Of a stretch of DNA of 64,000 bases, positions 13,811 to 27,282 are shown one piece after another (within the stretch, counting starts at the first letter, position 1; each line of letters opens with the position of its first letter). Both the position numbers and the translations under genes were made by a program. The notes beneath the pieces are model-generated. The model was not told the DNA's origin and did not search any database. It saw only the letters and a list, made by a program, of their open reading frames with translations. Source of the DNA: Ministeria vibrans ATCC 50519 (lineage: Eukaryota > Protista > Filasterea); NCBI GenBank assembly GCA_943704425.1, contig CALSCP010001986.1, positions 46,599-110,598 of the forward strand, written 5' to 3'.

Positions 13811-13987
13811 GACAATCGATTTTCTTTACAGTCGTTCACAAGTTGGACCGCGAATCGATTAACGTCGAGCTTCAGCTAATGTCGAGCTCTTCAATCTGAG
13901 TGTCTTATATGCTACTAATTATATACGTACTAGTAACAAAACAAAATAATTATTTAATTATATATTTTTACATAATATTTCACTCTG

Positions 13988-14285
13988 TTAGATACATTGA
14001 TTGACGCGAAGAAGTACTCGGGCGACATGATCAATGCCATCTCCAGTAGAAGTCACTAGGGTCACTGCTGTCATATATTCGACATAGTTTCCCAGCCAAA
14101 GGTGACGTGAGCATGATGGGATACGCTCAAAGGCGCTCTGGATTGTCGAAAGAAAGGTTTGAGCTGATTTGTCGTGCTCGAACTGACGACTCAAGCGAGC
14201 AAACCGCTCTGGATCGTCGCACACATCAACATGACCAGGCCACTGAGGTTTGGTAGGCACCATCAGCAGCCCATCCTACAAGACA

Positions 14286-14345
<60 letters not shown>

Positions 14346-15897
14346 AAGAAACAAAGTGAGTGAGAGAGAGAGAAAGAAACAAAGTGAGTGAGTGAGAGAG
14401 AGAGTCTGTATAGAATATGTCTTATGCTGGCTCACCTTCACAATGGCAGAGTATCGCTCAGTGGCGATTTGATAGACAAAGTCACGAGTCATTCCCAGAC
14501 GTAGCGAAAGACTACGAAGCAGCACAATTGCCAACTCGGCACGCTCCACGGGCAGCGGGGAGTCGGTCAGCAGTGCAGGCGGAGGGGTGCCCATGACGTC
14601 CTGCGCCATAGTTTCTGCCTCAGGGGGTTCCGTCCACGCCTGAGTCATATAATTTATATAATATATATAATTATAATATATATATATAAATTAGACAGAC
14701 ATATGATCTTTTTGATTGTTTTATAATGTACGTTGACACTGATTGCGGGCCCTTCAGTAATAACCTGGTGAAACCAAAGTGGCGGAATGTAAAGCACATC
14801 GCCCTAAGAAGCAAAATGAGTGGGGATGTACAGTGATTTCCTAGATGTACTCGCTCGAGAACAGCCTCGACACAGGCGACGCGCTGGGATTGCGGATTGG
14901 TCAGATTGAGTTGGCACTGAGCGTGGTTGGGGTGAAGAAATGGGTAGACGCGCAAGTGGGCGCTGGCGGACGGGGGGAAGAGAAGGAAGCGTTTGCGACC
15001 GGTCAGCTGGACGTAGAAGTTGGCATAGCCATCGTAGTGGCACGGTGTGACCGCCCCCGAGGGCCCCATCCACACGTTGATAGACGAGACGGACGGACGG
15101 AGGCTCTACACACATAATATAAGCGAGTATCACTATGTAGTACAAAATCCGCTGTCCGTACAATCATTTCGCGGACGTCAATGTCTTGCTCCAACGTCGG
15201 ACTCAGCTTGTCAATTTCGCCCGAAAAGTACGCATAAGGAGGGTGGTGCGGATCGGAAAACATGCGCGTGAAGAACACGTCGGTCTTCATCGAGATATCC
15301 TCGCCATACGGGTTGACACGCGTTGCGTGGCTCGCGAGCGGACGCCTCGGGTCAAAGTAGGGCCCGAAAAAGCGATTGGACTTGTTGACATAGCATTTGA
15401 GACTAAGCGAGAGGAAATGGGGCGATGTTCAGGAGAGATGCGGGTGCGCATGCAAGAAGGGAGCTGGCAGAACACCTTCTGATGTGCTGCCGCAGGAAGG
15501 AGGGCGTCCACTGTGCCATGGCCCTCCATTTCGTTGCAACCGTGTTGGTCAAAATGACAGGATCGCCTCGCTCAAAGCAGCGACGAGCAAAGGGTTTGTC
15601 TGGCTCCCACAAGAGTCGCTCGACCTGTCTTTCGACGCGCACGTAGCCGATGATGGGGTCGTTGTGCTCGAACGGAAGCTGGGTGGAGAAACTGTGAGTG
15701 TGAAACGTTCTAAATGCAATGGCAAGACATGCAAGAAATCCTACCTGTACCTCAACAGATGCACGGCTAGGCACCCGACCCTTAGCGTATAATACACACA
15801 TGACAGCAAGACACGCACCCAGAAGAGCCCCCAGTCGTGGCAGCGAGCGGGTCTGCTTCTCCTTGTCTTTGAACTTGTCCTTTTTGATCTTGACCAT
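13988..15897 (-). CDS. JmjC (cupin-like, FIH/JMJD-type) 2-oxoglutarate oxygenase with an N-terminal signal-anchor
   Basis: PVILTN..W.A..W, VWMGPSGAVTPCHYDGYANFYVQLTGRKRFLLFPP, GDVLYIPPLWFHQV, SVN|AW; the HxD...H triad is intact. Basic N-terminus followed by a hydrophobic stretch. Seven exons traced. Confidence 0.88.
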
Positions 15898-16031
15898 CTT
15901 CAAAAGTGGGCCAGAACTATACGTTGCAATAATGTACACGCTATCAACGACACAATAGACTGAATAAAAAAAACTACCTTTCTAAATAATCTTATCACAA
16001 AACTTGTAAAATCGTGTTCTCGACTGATTTT

Positions 16032-16067
<36 letters not shown>

Positions 16068-16081
16068 CCCCTCTCTGCACT

Positions 16082-19000
16082 CTATTCCGGGATAAAATCC
16101 CCCTTGGGTTTACCCGGTGCAGCGGCGGCGGCATAGGCGGCGCGGTTCTCTTCGGGGAGATCCTCGACCGAGCGAACAATGACCTCGGGAACACCAAACT
16201 GAATGGCAATGTACTCCTTCGCCTCCTCGTACAGTTGACGTTCGTCAAACGGCAACTTGAGCTCAAAAGCAAGCTCGCCCAGGTCGGCTGCCTCCGTCTT
16301 GACCATCTGCACAAAAGGCATAACTTCCTTCATGTTGGCACCGGCAAGGGCGTCGTTCTTCTTCAGGCGCGCCAGCAGCACGGCATTCTCAGGAATAGCC
16401 CCCTCCTTGAAGTACTCGTGAAGCGTCGACAGCACTCCCTTCTGCCACGCCGGCCACTCCTCCGTCAGCGTCAGCACCACCTTGGCCAGGCGCACCGGTG
16501 CCTTGCCCTTGCCCTTGTTAAGCTTCTTCATCACCGTGTCCAGCACCTTTTTCTGCTGTCCACACATCTTGAGCAGCTAAGAGCACAAAAAAAAAAAAAG
16601 TGAAATGAGAACAAGCGCTGCTGATAAATCACATTATCAATTTGCCATTCTTACCTGCTGTTCTTCGCGGATGGCCATGACATGGTTGGTATCCGACGCA
16701 GACGGGTAGGGTGCGACGGTGACTGAGCTCTCGTGGCCTCGCATGCTCCACAACTTCTCAGCCATGTGTGGGCAGATAGGGCACATGAGCACGGCCTAGA
16801 ATGTGTGTGTGTGAGAGAGAGAGTGTGTGTGTGTGTCAAAAAAGCAAGGTTGAAAGACGACAAGGTATTTTGTACCTGCACGTCAAGGAAGCGCTTGACA
16901 AGAGCCTGGTTGAGCGGGGTCGAGCCCAAAAGCATGAGGTAGAGGTCGCGAGCGATGAGCAGCTCAAAGTAGCCGTGCTTGAGAGCGGAGCGGAAAAGCA
17001 TGCGTTCGTACGCGTCACGCGTGAGTGTGATGGCGCGGTCAATGGCGGCGGAAAAGACTCGGTCGGCAAGGGAAACGTCGCTGGGGGCATCGCGCAGCTC
17101 TCCCGCCTCGAGGGCGGCAATGGTCGTCTTGGCCCACTCCCACTGGGTGTACAGACGAAGCACGGCCGCATTGGCCGAGTCCGCACTGAAGTTGGCGTCG
17201 TCCACCGTGTCTCCGGCGTCGGCAAGCGCAAGACGCATTGCGTCCGCTCCGTACTTGTCCAAACCCTGCGCCAGTGACAAGAAGTTGCCTAACGAAGAAA
17301 CCCAGACGTACAAGTCAAAAACTCAGAACATAACAAATGAATAGTGTCCATACCGGTTCGCTTGGACATTTTCTCTCCGTTGATCATCAAGTGACCATTG
17401 GCGCGCATTCCCTTGGGGTACTTGGTGGAGTCTTCAGGCCAGATGGCAACGTGGTTGAACAGCGAGAACGACAGACCTTCACTGTGGTCCAGTTGCGGTA
17501 TGGCGTACCATTGAAATTGCCTCACTGAATAGCGACAACACGCATCTCTAACCTTCTACTGTTCTCCCACGTTGCCTTTCGAGTTTTGGTTTGGTCTCAA
17601 AACTTTCCCCTTGGCACTTAAAAATAATCTTCAATTTTTTAGCATTTTTGTATTTTGTTTCAGTTTTTCTAATGACGGCATGCTTGGAGTTGTCGCTTGG
17701 GGCCTTTCCGGCCACAGGTATGCACTTAAAGAGCGAGAGAAAGCGTGTGGGTCGGGAAGGGCTCTGAATGGGGCGGGGTTTCGTTGCAGCGTCGACCTTG
17801 CATGCGACGGGGTTGCCCTGGGGATGTATTCTGCGCCCAATCGACGAGAGCTCCAATGGGTTCCGACCATCTTCGACTGATGTGTCGTCTGCCATTGCTC
17901 GCTGCACTGGTTGCTTCGCCTACATCAACAGCTTGGCGGTTTTCAGGTTTGCGTGTTTCCATCATCACACATCTCGCCGCTGATCGTTACACTTTTGCAG
18001 AGACACTCCCTCTGCGTCGATATGGACTTGTTGTATTTGTGGTATGGAAAACGCCACGAGCGGGCGATACAAGTAAGGCGCAAAAGTCAAAGGGCGCACG
18101 CACTAAATTGTTGTTGCCTCAGAGACCCCAACAAGTGGCGAGTCCTTTCCGAACTTAAATCCAACACGGTCCGTCTCAATGTCGACGTGAACGCTTACGG
18201 CACGTCGTCCCATCCGCGTGACCATCCTTGCTTTCTTGTCTTTGTCAATCTGGATGGTAAGTGTGTTGTGCTTACTATAGAGATTCGTCTTACGTTGTGC
18301 ATGTAGGTCCTCGCGAGTACGTTCAGAAGATACAAACAAGTATTCAAGCGATTCTCGAAGGTACGCACTCTATTTGAGATTTGAGAGCATTCCCTTGTTG
18401 TCAACGATGAATCGAGCATTCTCTTTAAACAACGATGAATTTTTCTTACAAACGCAGCGCTTCCGGCTGGCGCCATGTTTGGCCTTGTGGGTGTGCAGGG
18501 TACGACTTTTCTTTTGTTTAATCTGCGTAGCACGCGCACACACCTGAGGCGCATTGAGCTGTCACTGTTGGCAACGTACACACACAATGGCGACACCCGA
18601 ATGCCGCTCGCGGATCTCGTTGCGGTGCGTGAGCTTTTTGTGCTTGTTGACACCACAGTGCGAGCCAACATTGCCATTGCGACCGAGTCACTTGCAACCC
18701 TTGCCGAATCTGCGGTTGGTGTGCCTCGTCAGGCGGACGAGCGCGAAGACACGTGTGTCAGCGATGCTCTTGATGCGCTTCTTTGCCTCTTTCACTCCAA
18801 TCGCACACTCAACATTTGCGGTAAACTCAAGAAAAGAAAAGAAAAGAAAAAAAAAAAAACAATCATCTCGTGTCGGCGCATCAGCGTTCCACGCATGTAC
18901 GACCCACTCATACATGTATGCATATTCAGCCCGCCTGATCGTCTTTACGGGATGTGACACGAGCGACGAGGGAACGCAGTCCCCTCTGCGCCCCACCACA

Positions 19001-19253
19001 TCCTCCTCCCCTGCGATGGGTAGTGCCGTCGTGGTCAACATGGCTGCCGTCAGTGCCCCTCCCTCCGACGACCACGCCCCTCTTGCTTCAACTACTGCTA
19101 CTGCTGCTGCCACTGCTGCCTCACCTCTACGCTCCCACTCTACGTCATCGTCGTCCGCTCTCGATGCCCGTATTCATGCCTCTGAACAACGCTTTGCCGT
19201 TCTCGTACGTCAATCAGTCTTGTGCAAACGACAACTATCAAAATAATTATTCT

Positions 19254-19289
<36 letters not shown>

Positions 19290-22063
19290 CCGGTTGACGT
19301 TCGTACCACTGCAACGGACATCAAAGGGATACCAAAAGTTGAATTCGCGTTGCATGGTATCAAGGGCATCGGGGGCAACACCCGAGGCCAAGGCGGCGTC
19401 ACGGTCGGTGCCGAGGAAGATGTAGTCGTAGACGGCGTCGGTCATCTGGTCGGCGTTGACGCCAGCCGCATTGCTCGTTGTGCCGCTAAGCACACCGCCT
19501 TGAAGCATATGCGCGATGGTGTAGTACGCCATGTAAATGGTCGAGTCAGAAAGCGACTCGATCAGCCAGGTAGGGTCCCAGGGAACTCGTGAGCCCAGGC
19601 CAAAAGACCGCGAGCACGCCCACTCATGCAATCCCTTGACCGTCGACTCAAACTGATTGCGCACCACACGTGCATCGTCTGCCTCAAAGCAGTTCATCTT
19701 CTCCAGAGCCTCCAGTGTCTTGGTCTTCCACTCCGCCTGACCGTAGTCCAAGTACCACTGGTCGCACTCGGCCACAACACACTCGTCGCCCGATCGCGAA
19801 ATGACCTACAAAAAAAAGAATGAAAAATTATCATAAATTCGATACAGGGCAGACGGGAGGGATTTTTTTTTTAAAAAAAAACAGTAAAATTACATACCTC
19901 TTTCTCTGGCTCGCGGTAGGAGAGAGCATGGCCGGCATCGATGAGCAACTGGCGCACCTTGGGCTTGGCAATTTCCACGCGCTCGCCCTTGCACTCGCCC
20001 ACCAGCATTACTCCTTTGTAGAATGCCTTGGTGTACACCTCCTCCTTGGCCAACGCTAACTTTACTCCGTCATTCTGACTCTTGACCTAGCAAATGCAAA
20101 AAAAGAAGTGCGTGTTAAGACACACATGTGTTCACGTCCTTCCTTATTGAAATGTATTGTTCCTTACGTCAAACTTTTTGATGGCCACCTCTGCGGCCAG
20201 ATCGGAGTAGTCAGTGCCAGCGTCGGCGTCCGGGTAGTCGGGGGTGCGAATGATGGGCACAGGCTCAAAGGGCAACACCATCTCGTCGGTGATGCCGTAC
20301 TTCTCGCGCAACGCAGGCTTGTTCTTGAGGTCACGCAGGGCAGCGTAGTCGTCGGGCGAGTCGGACGGCACTGACGTGACAACTCCCGTACCCTTAGACG
20401 CCTTGATGGTGAGCATGGGCAGTGTGTACACGTGATCATAGTGACTGAGTGGCACGGACAGACGAGCGCCCATCACGTCAATGCCCTTGAGCGGCACCAG
20501 CAGAGTTGTCGTGCCCCACTTGCCTGTAGTCTTGTTCACAAACTGGTGCGCCATGTTCTTTGCCGAGCGCTCGGTGCACACAAAAATGCCCAACTCGCCC
20601 ATATCGTACGCGCCGTACGCAAGGTCCGGATGAATCCAGCAGTTGGTTTGGCCATACATAGTCTCGGCACGCAACGTTGCAGCCACAAGGTACACACTGC
20701 GCCCGTCCGCCTCGAGCGACGCCAGTTTCGCCGGAAGTGGCTTGGTCATTTCAATCTTGATCAGGGCGTACTCTTGCGGAACCACACCCTCACCCGTCGC
20801 TCTGTCATGATCCATACAGGGCTACAAAAAAAACAAAAAGAAATACAAAAAATCAATGAATTGCGTTAATTTTTTTTTTCAACTTGGTACCTGTCCGTCT
20901 TTGGGCGAGTAAATGGTGGGTCGCTTGCCAAACTCAATGCGATGCTCGGCACGCAACTTGTTGAACTGCCAGCGAATGAAGGTGTCGTAAAAGGCATTGA
21001 TGGGGGTCGTAACGAAGGAGCGACGCCAGTCCACCTAAAAACATGAAGGGGAAGAGAAACGGTGCGTCAGAGATGTACCATATATATATATATAAACACA
21101 TACACACATACATACATACATACATACATATACACACCACAAAGACACACACACATGTATACGCAGCACAAAGATACACACACATGCACACACACTCACT
21201 CACACACTCACAAACTACAATGAAACATACTTTGATTCCCATTCGCTTCAAGTCTGTGATGGCATGAGGAGGGAAGTAGTCGAGCCAGTGGGCCGGGTCG
21301 GTGAACTTGGGAATGTCAGCCTCGTCGATGTCGAGCGACTTGAGAATGTTCCACTGGAAAGGGCAATGACTGTTAATTAATGAGGTGTTCCAACCACCAC
21401 AGTGGCCTACGTTCTCGTTGGTGTTTCTCTCACCTGGAACTTCTCTCCGCCAGTCTTGGCGTCCGTTTTGGCCTTCTTGTCGCCTGCCTTGCCCTTGCCC
21501 TTGGCCGCCGTCGACGGCGTCTTGTCGGCCGCAGCAGCGGCTTCCTTAGCGGCAGCGGCCGCAGCCAAAGCCTCGGCATCGGGAAACACTGGCGGACAGC
21601 CATACGTCTCAATTTCGACGCGGAGCTTGTCGGCGCACGCCTTGATGGGCATGCCCGTCGCATGGAAGCCAAACGGGAAGAGCACTCGCTCGCCCTTGAG
21701 ACGATGGTAGCCCGCCGCGAACTCGCACTTGGACAGCGAGAAGGTGTGTCCCAGGTGCAGGCGACCGTTCATGTAGGGGTAGGGGAAGTTGACAAAGTAC
21801 TTGCCTTCGTCGGTGCCTGTGCAGCGCCAAAGACGATTTCATCAGTCGCACAGACGAAGATGGTAAAAAAAAAAAAAAAAAAAAAAAAAGACATCAAAGG
21901 ACTCAGTCGATGGACGACGTGAGGTATACGGCTAGGGTGTGTATGGTGTACGCCAAATGGAGTGCATGGCGAGTAGTAAGACAGAGCGAGAGTTGCGGGG
22001 AAAGGGCGGTTATGCGAAACAGAGAATGAGAACAGTTCGCGTGGAGGAAACGCTCAATCAAGG

Positions 22064-22095
<32 letters not shown>

Positions 22096-22321
22096 AGAGA
22101 GAGAGAGAAGAAAGAAGAAGAGATACCGTTGGGAGCTTCAACCTCGAACTGACGCTCTTCTTCCCATCGTTGCTGGACCTCCTGCTCAATGCTTTGCAGG
22201 AATCTCCTCTTCGCCGTCTACAGTGCAGGCGATGAGAAATGCTCCGTGCTTCCGCTCCCACGGCCCGCCACATTAGCACGATCCATGTTAGGCTGACCTT
22301 TTTCTCTGCTTCTTCCGCCAT
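16082..22321 (-). CDS. LARS1: Cytosolic leucyl-tRNA synthetase, interrupted at 17476-19306
   Basis: [14 protein letters not shown] (HIGH motif), CP1 editing [32 protein letters not shown]. Exons traced by hand; the conserved KDLxxNH is missing at the interruption. Confidence 0.95.
17672..19246 (+). CDS. Sec23/Sec24-family protein (resembles the plant SEC23D type), 5' half only, antisense within LARS1
   Basis: Spliced reading [15 protein letters not shown]|[17 protein letters not shown]...[11 protein letters not shown]...WTCCICG (zinc finger)...SELKSNTV...[11 protein letters not shown]|[17 protein letters not shown]|[11 protein letters not shown] (trunk/vWA domain). All introns GT-AG and in frame. 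Confidence 0.8.
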
Positions 22322-22548
22322 GACGAGTACAAATGAATTTTTTGATCAGTATTCTTCAAGTTTCAGTTTTGGAAAGTGAGTTGATGCCACAGGAGAAAGA
22401 AAGAACATAGACTACTGAACGACAAGCTCGCTACTAGGTATACGTGAAACATCACAGTCTACGCTATCCAACACGCCCTGGCGATCGCGCGATCGGACGC
22501 CCGGGGGAGAAGGGCTTTGACGTGATTGAGTGGTCGTTGCGACTTGCC

Positions 22549-22568
22549 GACTATTGACTATTGACTAA
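22549..22568. promoter_or_regulatory. Tandem TTGACTA heptamers in the LARS1/BET divergent promoter
   Basis: GACTA-TTGACTA-TTGACTAA; the same 15-mer occurs at 45266-45280. Regulatory function is inferred. Confidence 0.45.
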
Positions 22569-22695
22569 AGACGGGACAGTTGCGTTGTGTCGTCAAGTGG
22601 CCTCGTTGCTCGATTGGTAGACTTGATGGACAGGTGTGATACGATTGCGTCTGGGGGGGCGAGGGCACCGCCGAGTCCATCGTTGTCCGTTGTCC

Positions 22696-22733
<38 letters not shown>

Positions 22734-22763
22734 TTGGATTGTTCTCGACGCCAAACCAACAAA

Positions 22764-25389
22764 ATGAGCACGTGTCGCGGCTGTGGCGAGTATTGAGAGT
22801 GGCGTTACCCACCTAATGGTGTAACAACCCCCTTCCGTGCCCTGTGTGTGCGAATCCGCTCGGATTGAGGCCGTTCTCGCCGTGAACCGTCGACGCCAAG
22901 TCGATTTTTGCGAATTTGTTCGTTCGGCGCCCATTTCTTTCTCTCCCGCTCCTCTCGTCGTTTTTTTTCGTCGCTTCCATGCTGCCGACACTGGTTACAC
23001 CCTCTGAGTATAGATGCCCGCCACTATTTCCCCTTTGACTTTTTTTTTCCGTTTTTTTTTCTTGTCAACTCCCCATCTTGTATTCTCGTGTGGGCGTCCG
23101 CTGACGTGCGAATGCTGCTGCGGATAGATTGTGATTGGTGCAAGTGGCGATGTCGTGGCGTGTCTCTTTCTAGTGTTTCCTTTCTGTGTCTTCTTGGAAC
23201 ATCTCGAGTACTTTCGCCTTATTTTTTTGTATTTTTTTTTTCGCATCGTTTCAGACCTCCATCGCCACCTGACTCGGCCGCAGCACCTGAAATGGCTTCT
23301 GAGGAGACTCCCGTTGTTGCCGTGGCTGAAACTGCGACGGACCAGCCGACAGCAGAGACGACAGAACAGCCGACGGGCGATCTGACTGCCGTCGTTGCTG
23401 CCGAGCCATCGCCTGCTACTCCTTCCGTTGCCGCTGCCGCCACGACAGAGCCTGTGACAGAAGATGTTGCACCGGTGGCGGAGACAGACGCTGTCGAAAC
23501 GGACGCCCCTAGTGCGATTGACTCAGCTGCAGGCGATGCGTCAGCTCCTGTCATTGATGAAGCAGCAGCCGCTGCGGAAGCGCCCATCGTCGACACACCC
23601 GCTGTAGAGGCATCCACCAGCGATGAACCTGTTGCCGATGTGCCCGTCAGTGATGTACCGGTCACCTCGGTACCCGCAACAGAATCTGAAGCGGCGCTGC
23701 CACCGCCGCCGCAGAGCACGGCGATGGACACAGCCGAGGATGTTGACATTGACGTGGACATTGACTCGCATATTGTCGAAGAGGAGGTTGTTATCGATAC
23801 GATGACGGCGACCGCGACTGCAACCACAGCCGAAGGCGCTTCTATTGCCGTGTCAGCCTCTTCTACCACCACGACGACCACCACGTCCACGAACCCTGCC
23901 ACGGCTCCAACAACAACGACGTCGACAACAGTGACGACGGACGCGGCAGCGAGTGCAGCGGATGCAAACGTTGCTGCCTTGGAAGCCGTGGCGCGTGCAC
24001 TGGTCAACGACGACGATGACGACGACGACGACGACAATGTCGACATGGTTGATGGCATGGACGATGTGTTTTGCACCGCAGACGCTCTTGTCTCGTCCGC
24101 TGTCGCCGCTTCGAGTGCAACCATGTCTGGTGATGCCGCTAGCTCGGCAGAGCCGAACACCGGCAGTGCATCGAGTGGTTCGGTTGCCCCTACCACCGCC
24201 TCCACGACGACGATGACGACCAGTACCACGGGGGGTGGTGGCTCGTCGTCACTCCCTAACCTCACGCTTGGCCCTACCGATCTCGACCTTGAGACGAGCA
24301 GTGCTGCACTGAATGCAGTCGAGGCTGCGTTGAGTGCCCCCTCTGCCACTGCTGCTACTTCTGCTGGTGCTTCGTCGACTGTGAGTGCACCCCAGCCAAT
24401 TGTGACCAATGCTGCTGGCGAACCGATGCAGATTGCGGACGCGGCTCTGCTGCAACGCCACAATCTACAGCCGCCGGTACAGCAAATCAAGAATGCGGGA
24501 CGACTGACAAACCGTCTTGAGGCGCTGCAAAAGACCATTGTGCCGACTCTTTGGAAGAACCAGCTGGCCCATTGGTTTAAAGCACCCGTCGTCGCCGAAG
24601 GACCCCTCATCAACTACCTCAGTGTCATCAAGTACCCCATGGACTTGGCGACACTCAAGACACGCATGCGGGAGCGCGTATACACATCTGCCACTCAGTG
24701 CATCAACGACTTGCGCGTCATGCTCCTCAATGCGCAAACGTTCAACCCTGCGGGTCACGCGTGCTATGAGGCGGCCGCCAAACTCGGCGAGTTGCTCTCG
24801 ACCAAGATTAGGGCCATGGAGCAAAAGTTTCCTGTCGAGACGGAAATCACCGAGTCGCCGCCGGATCGCAAGCGTGTCAACTCTGTTGCTGCGGGTCTTG
24901 ATCCGCGCAACGTGCTGCCTGCTCACGACGATGTCAGCTCGAAAGAGCGTCGCAACTCGTCGCGACCCGTTGCACGACCCAAGCGCGAAATTGAAGACGA
25001 CCAGCACCTTGAGGCCGAGAAGCGCAAGCGATCGCGCACCCCTCTCAAGGCGGCTCAACTCAAACACTGCGAAATGGTCATCAAAGAGCTTCTCTCGAAC
25101 AAGTACCAGTCGTTCAACATCGCCTTCAAGTACCCCGTCGACTGGCGTCGCCTTAACCTTCACACCTACCCCGAAGTGTGTCCCCACCCCATGGATCTTA
25201 CGACGATCCAGACTAAGCTGCGGCGCGCCGAGTATGACGATCCCGAAGAGTTTCGCCACGATCTTCAGCTCATCGCAACCAACTGCCTCCGCTTCAATGC
25301 TGGCAATCCCACCTATGAGGGCTACGCCAAGCAACTGCAGTCAGTCTACATGGGCCTTCTCGCCAGCTTACCCACTGCTGCCTCGCTGA

Positions 25390-25425
<36 letters not shown>

Positions 25426-26066
25426 AACAACTTCAACACACACCTCACCAGCAACACCAACACCACCAACCGACGCAACAACACCACGGCTCGCACCTTG
25501 GCATGCAGGCGTCTCTGGGTGGTCACGCATCGCTCAGTGCCATGACCTCATCACCCTACCTCCCCCCGTCCGTTTACGGTGGCAGCAGCACGCTTGGTGG
25601 CTCGACCACCCCCGCAGCCTACCCGCCCACCTCGACACCCTTTTATGACCCATCTAAGACGAGCAAGCGCGCCGACAAAAAGAAGAAGAAGAAGAAGAAG
25701 AAGAAGCGTCGTCACTCGTCGGACTCGGACGTGTCGGACTCGGACTCGGACTCGGAAAACGAAGACGACGACTCGGTGCTCGCCCTCAAGCAGAGACTTA
25801 CCATGCTTACGCAAGAACTGGAGCGTGTTGCTCGTGACAAGAGCCAGAAGCACAAGAAGAAGCACAAGAAGGAGAAGAAGAGCAAGAAAGCGCGCGTGGA
25901 GAAGGAGGCGAGTGCAGGCGCAGGTGCCAGCAATAGTAAGAAGCACCGCAAGGGCTCTGTGTCGAGCGGTGTGCCCAGCAACATGCACGCTGCTCACCAG
26001 GCCGCTGCAGCCGCTGCCGCCGCACAGTACAACATGGGTGGTTCAGTGAGCCACTTTCAGCAGCAA

Positions 26067-26101
<35 letters not shown>

Positions 26102-27226
26102 CCTGTATCAGCAGCAGCAGCAGCAACAACAACAACAACAACAGCTGCAGCAGCAGCAACAATTGCAGCAGCAGATACAGCAGCAACAGCAGGCGGTCGC
26201 TGCGGCTGCTGCCGTGGCCCACGAGCCACCGTCGCGTGTGCCTTTTGCTGACACACGTGCCATGTCGTTTGAAGAGAAGAAGGCGTTGTCGGTGAACATC
26301 AATGGCCTACACCCGTCGTCTCTTGGCAACGTCGTGGCCATCATCCACAGTCGCGTTCCACACCTCAAAGACGTACGTGTGCAGACTAACGGTTCATCCT
26401 TAATTTATTTTTATTTATCACACATCCTTTTTTTGTTTGCATGGTTTAGTCGCAACCTGATGAGATTGAGATAGACATCGATTCACTTGACGCTGGAACC
26501 CTTCGAGAGGTATATTTTTCCCTTAACGAATACAGAAAGGCCAATATCAAAAGCTAAAATTTTATGTGTATGTGTTTGTTTTTTTCATAGCTTGAGTATT
26601 TTGTGACGAGCGAACTGAAGAAGTCAGGTGTTGTAGTCCAGACGCCTGCGAGCACAGCTGCCGCCGAGGCTGCTGCGAATCGTGCGCCGAAACCGACGGC
26701 GGGAGCTGCCAAGAAACCACCGAGTAAGGCGGAGGGAGAGTGTGGAGGCAGACACATCGGTGGCAGTGTGTATTCATCCTTTTTTTTTTCTTCTGCTTGC
26801 GTAGGTCGCAAACGTCCTGTGAGCGACAGTAGCTCAGACGACAGTGACGACAGTGACAGTAGTGGCAGCGATTCCGGCTCAGGTAGCGACTGAGCGCGTG
26901 TTTTGTTTGGTTCCGCGTGTCATTTTTTGTTTTGTGTGCTATTTGTGTCTTTTGTATGTGTGTGTGTCTGCGTGTAGCGATGGAAATGGTGGTGGATTGT
27001 GGAGGATTGTAAACGCAGGCTAACAATGGCATGTGCGAGTATTGTGAGTGTGTATGTGTGTGTATGTGTGTGACACAAGCACGATGAGGGAGCCGGAAAA
27101 CGTACCAAAAAGCAAAAATGGAAAGTCTTACATCCGTCTCCCATTTTTGCGTTTGGGCTTTTTGTTTGCTCATTTTGCCATACTGTGCGACCGCTCCCTC
27201 TTTACCACTCTCACTTTGTTCTATCA

Positions 27227-27282
<56 letters not shown>

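Noticed and set aside
17476-19306. An ordinary nested gene inside a long LARS1 intron
   Set aside because: No canonical splice route or micro-exon I could find restores KDLxxNH, and the inner gene is itself truncated.
23219-25389. Long antisense and alternate-frame ORFs over the BET gene (similarly over CPLANE1 and PDE)
   Set aside because: Shadow ORFs from GC-rich codon bias, with no recognisable domains.
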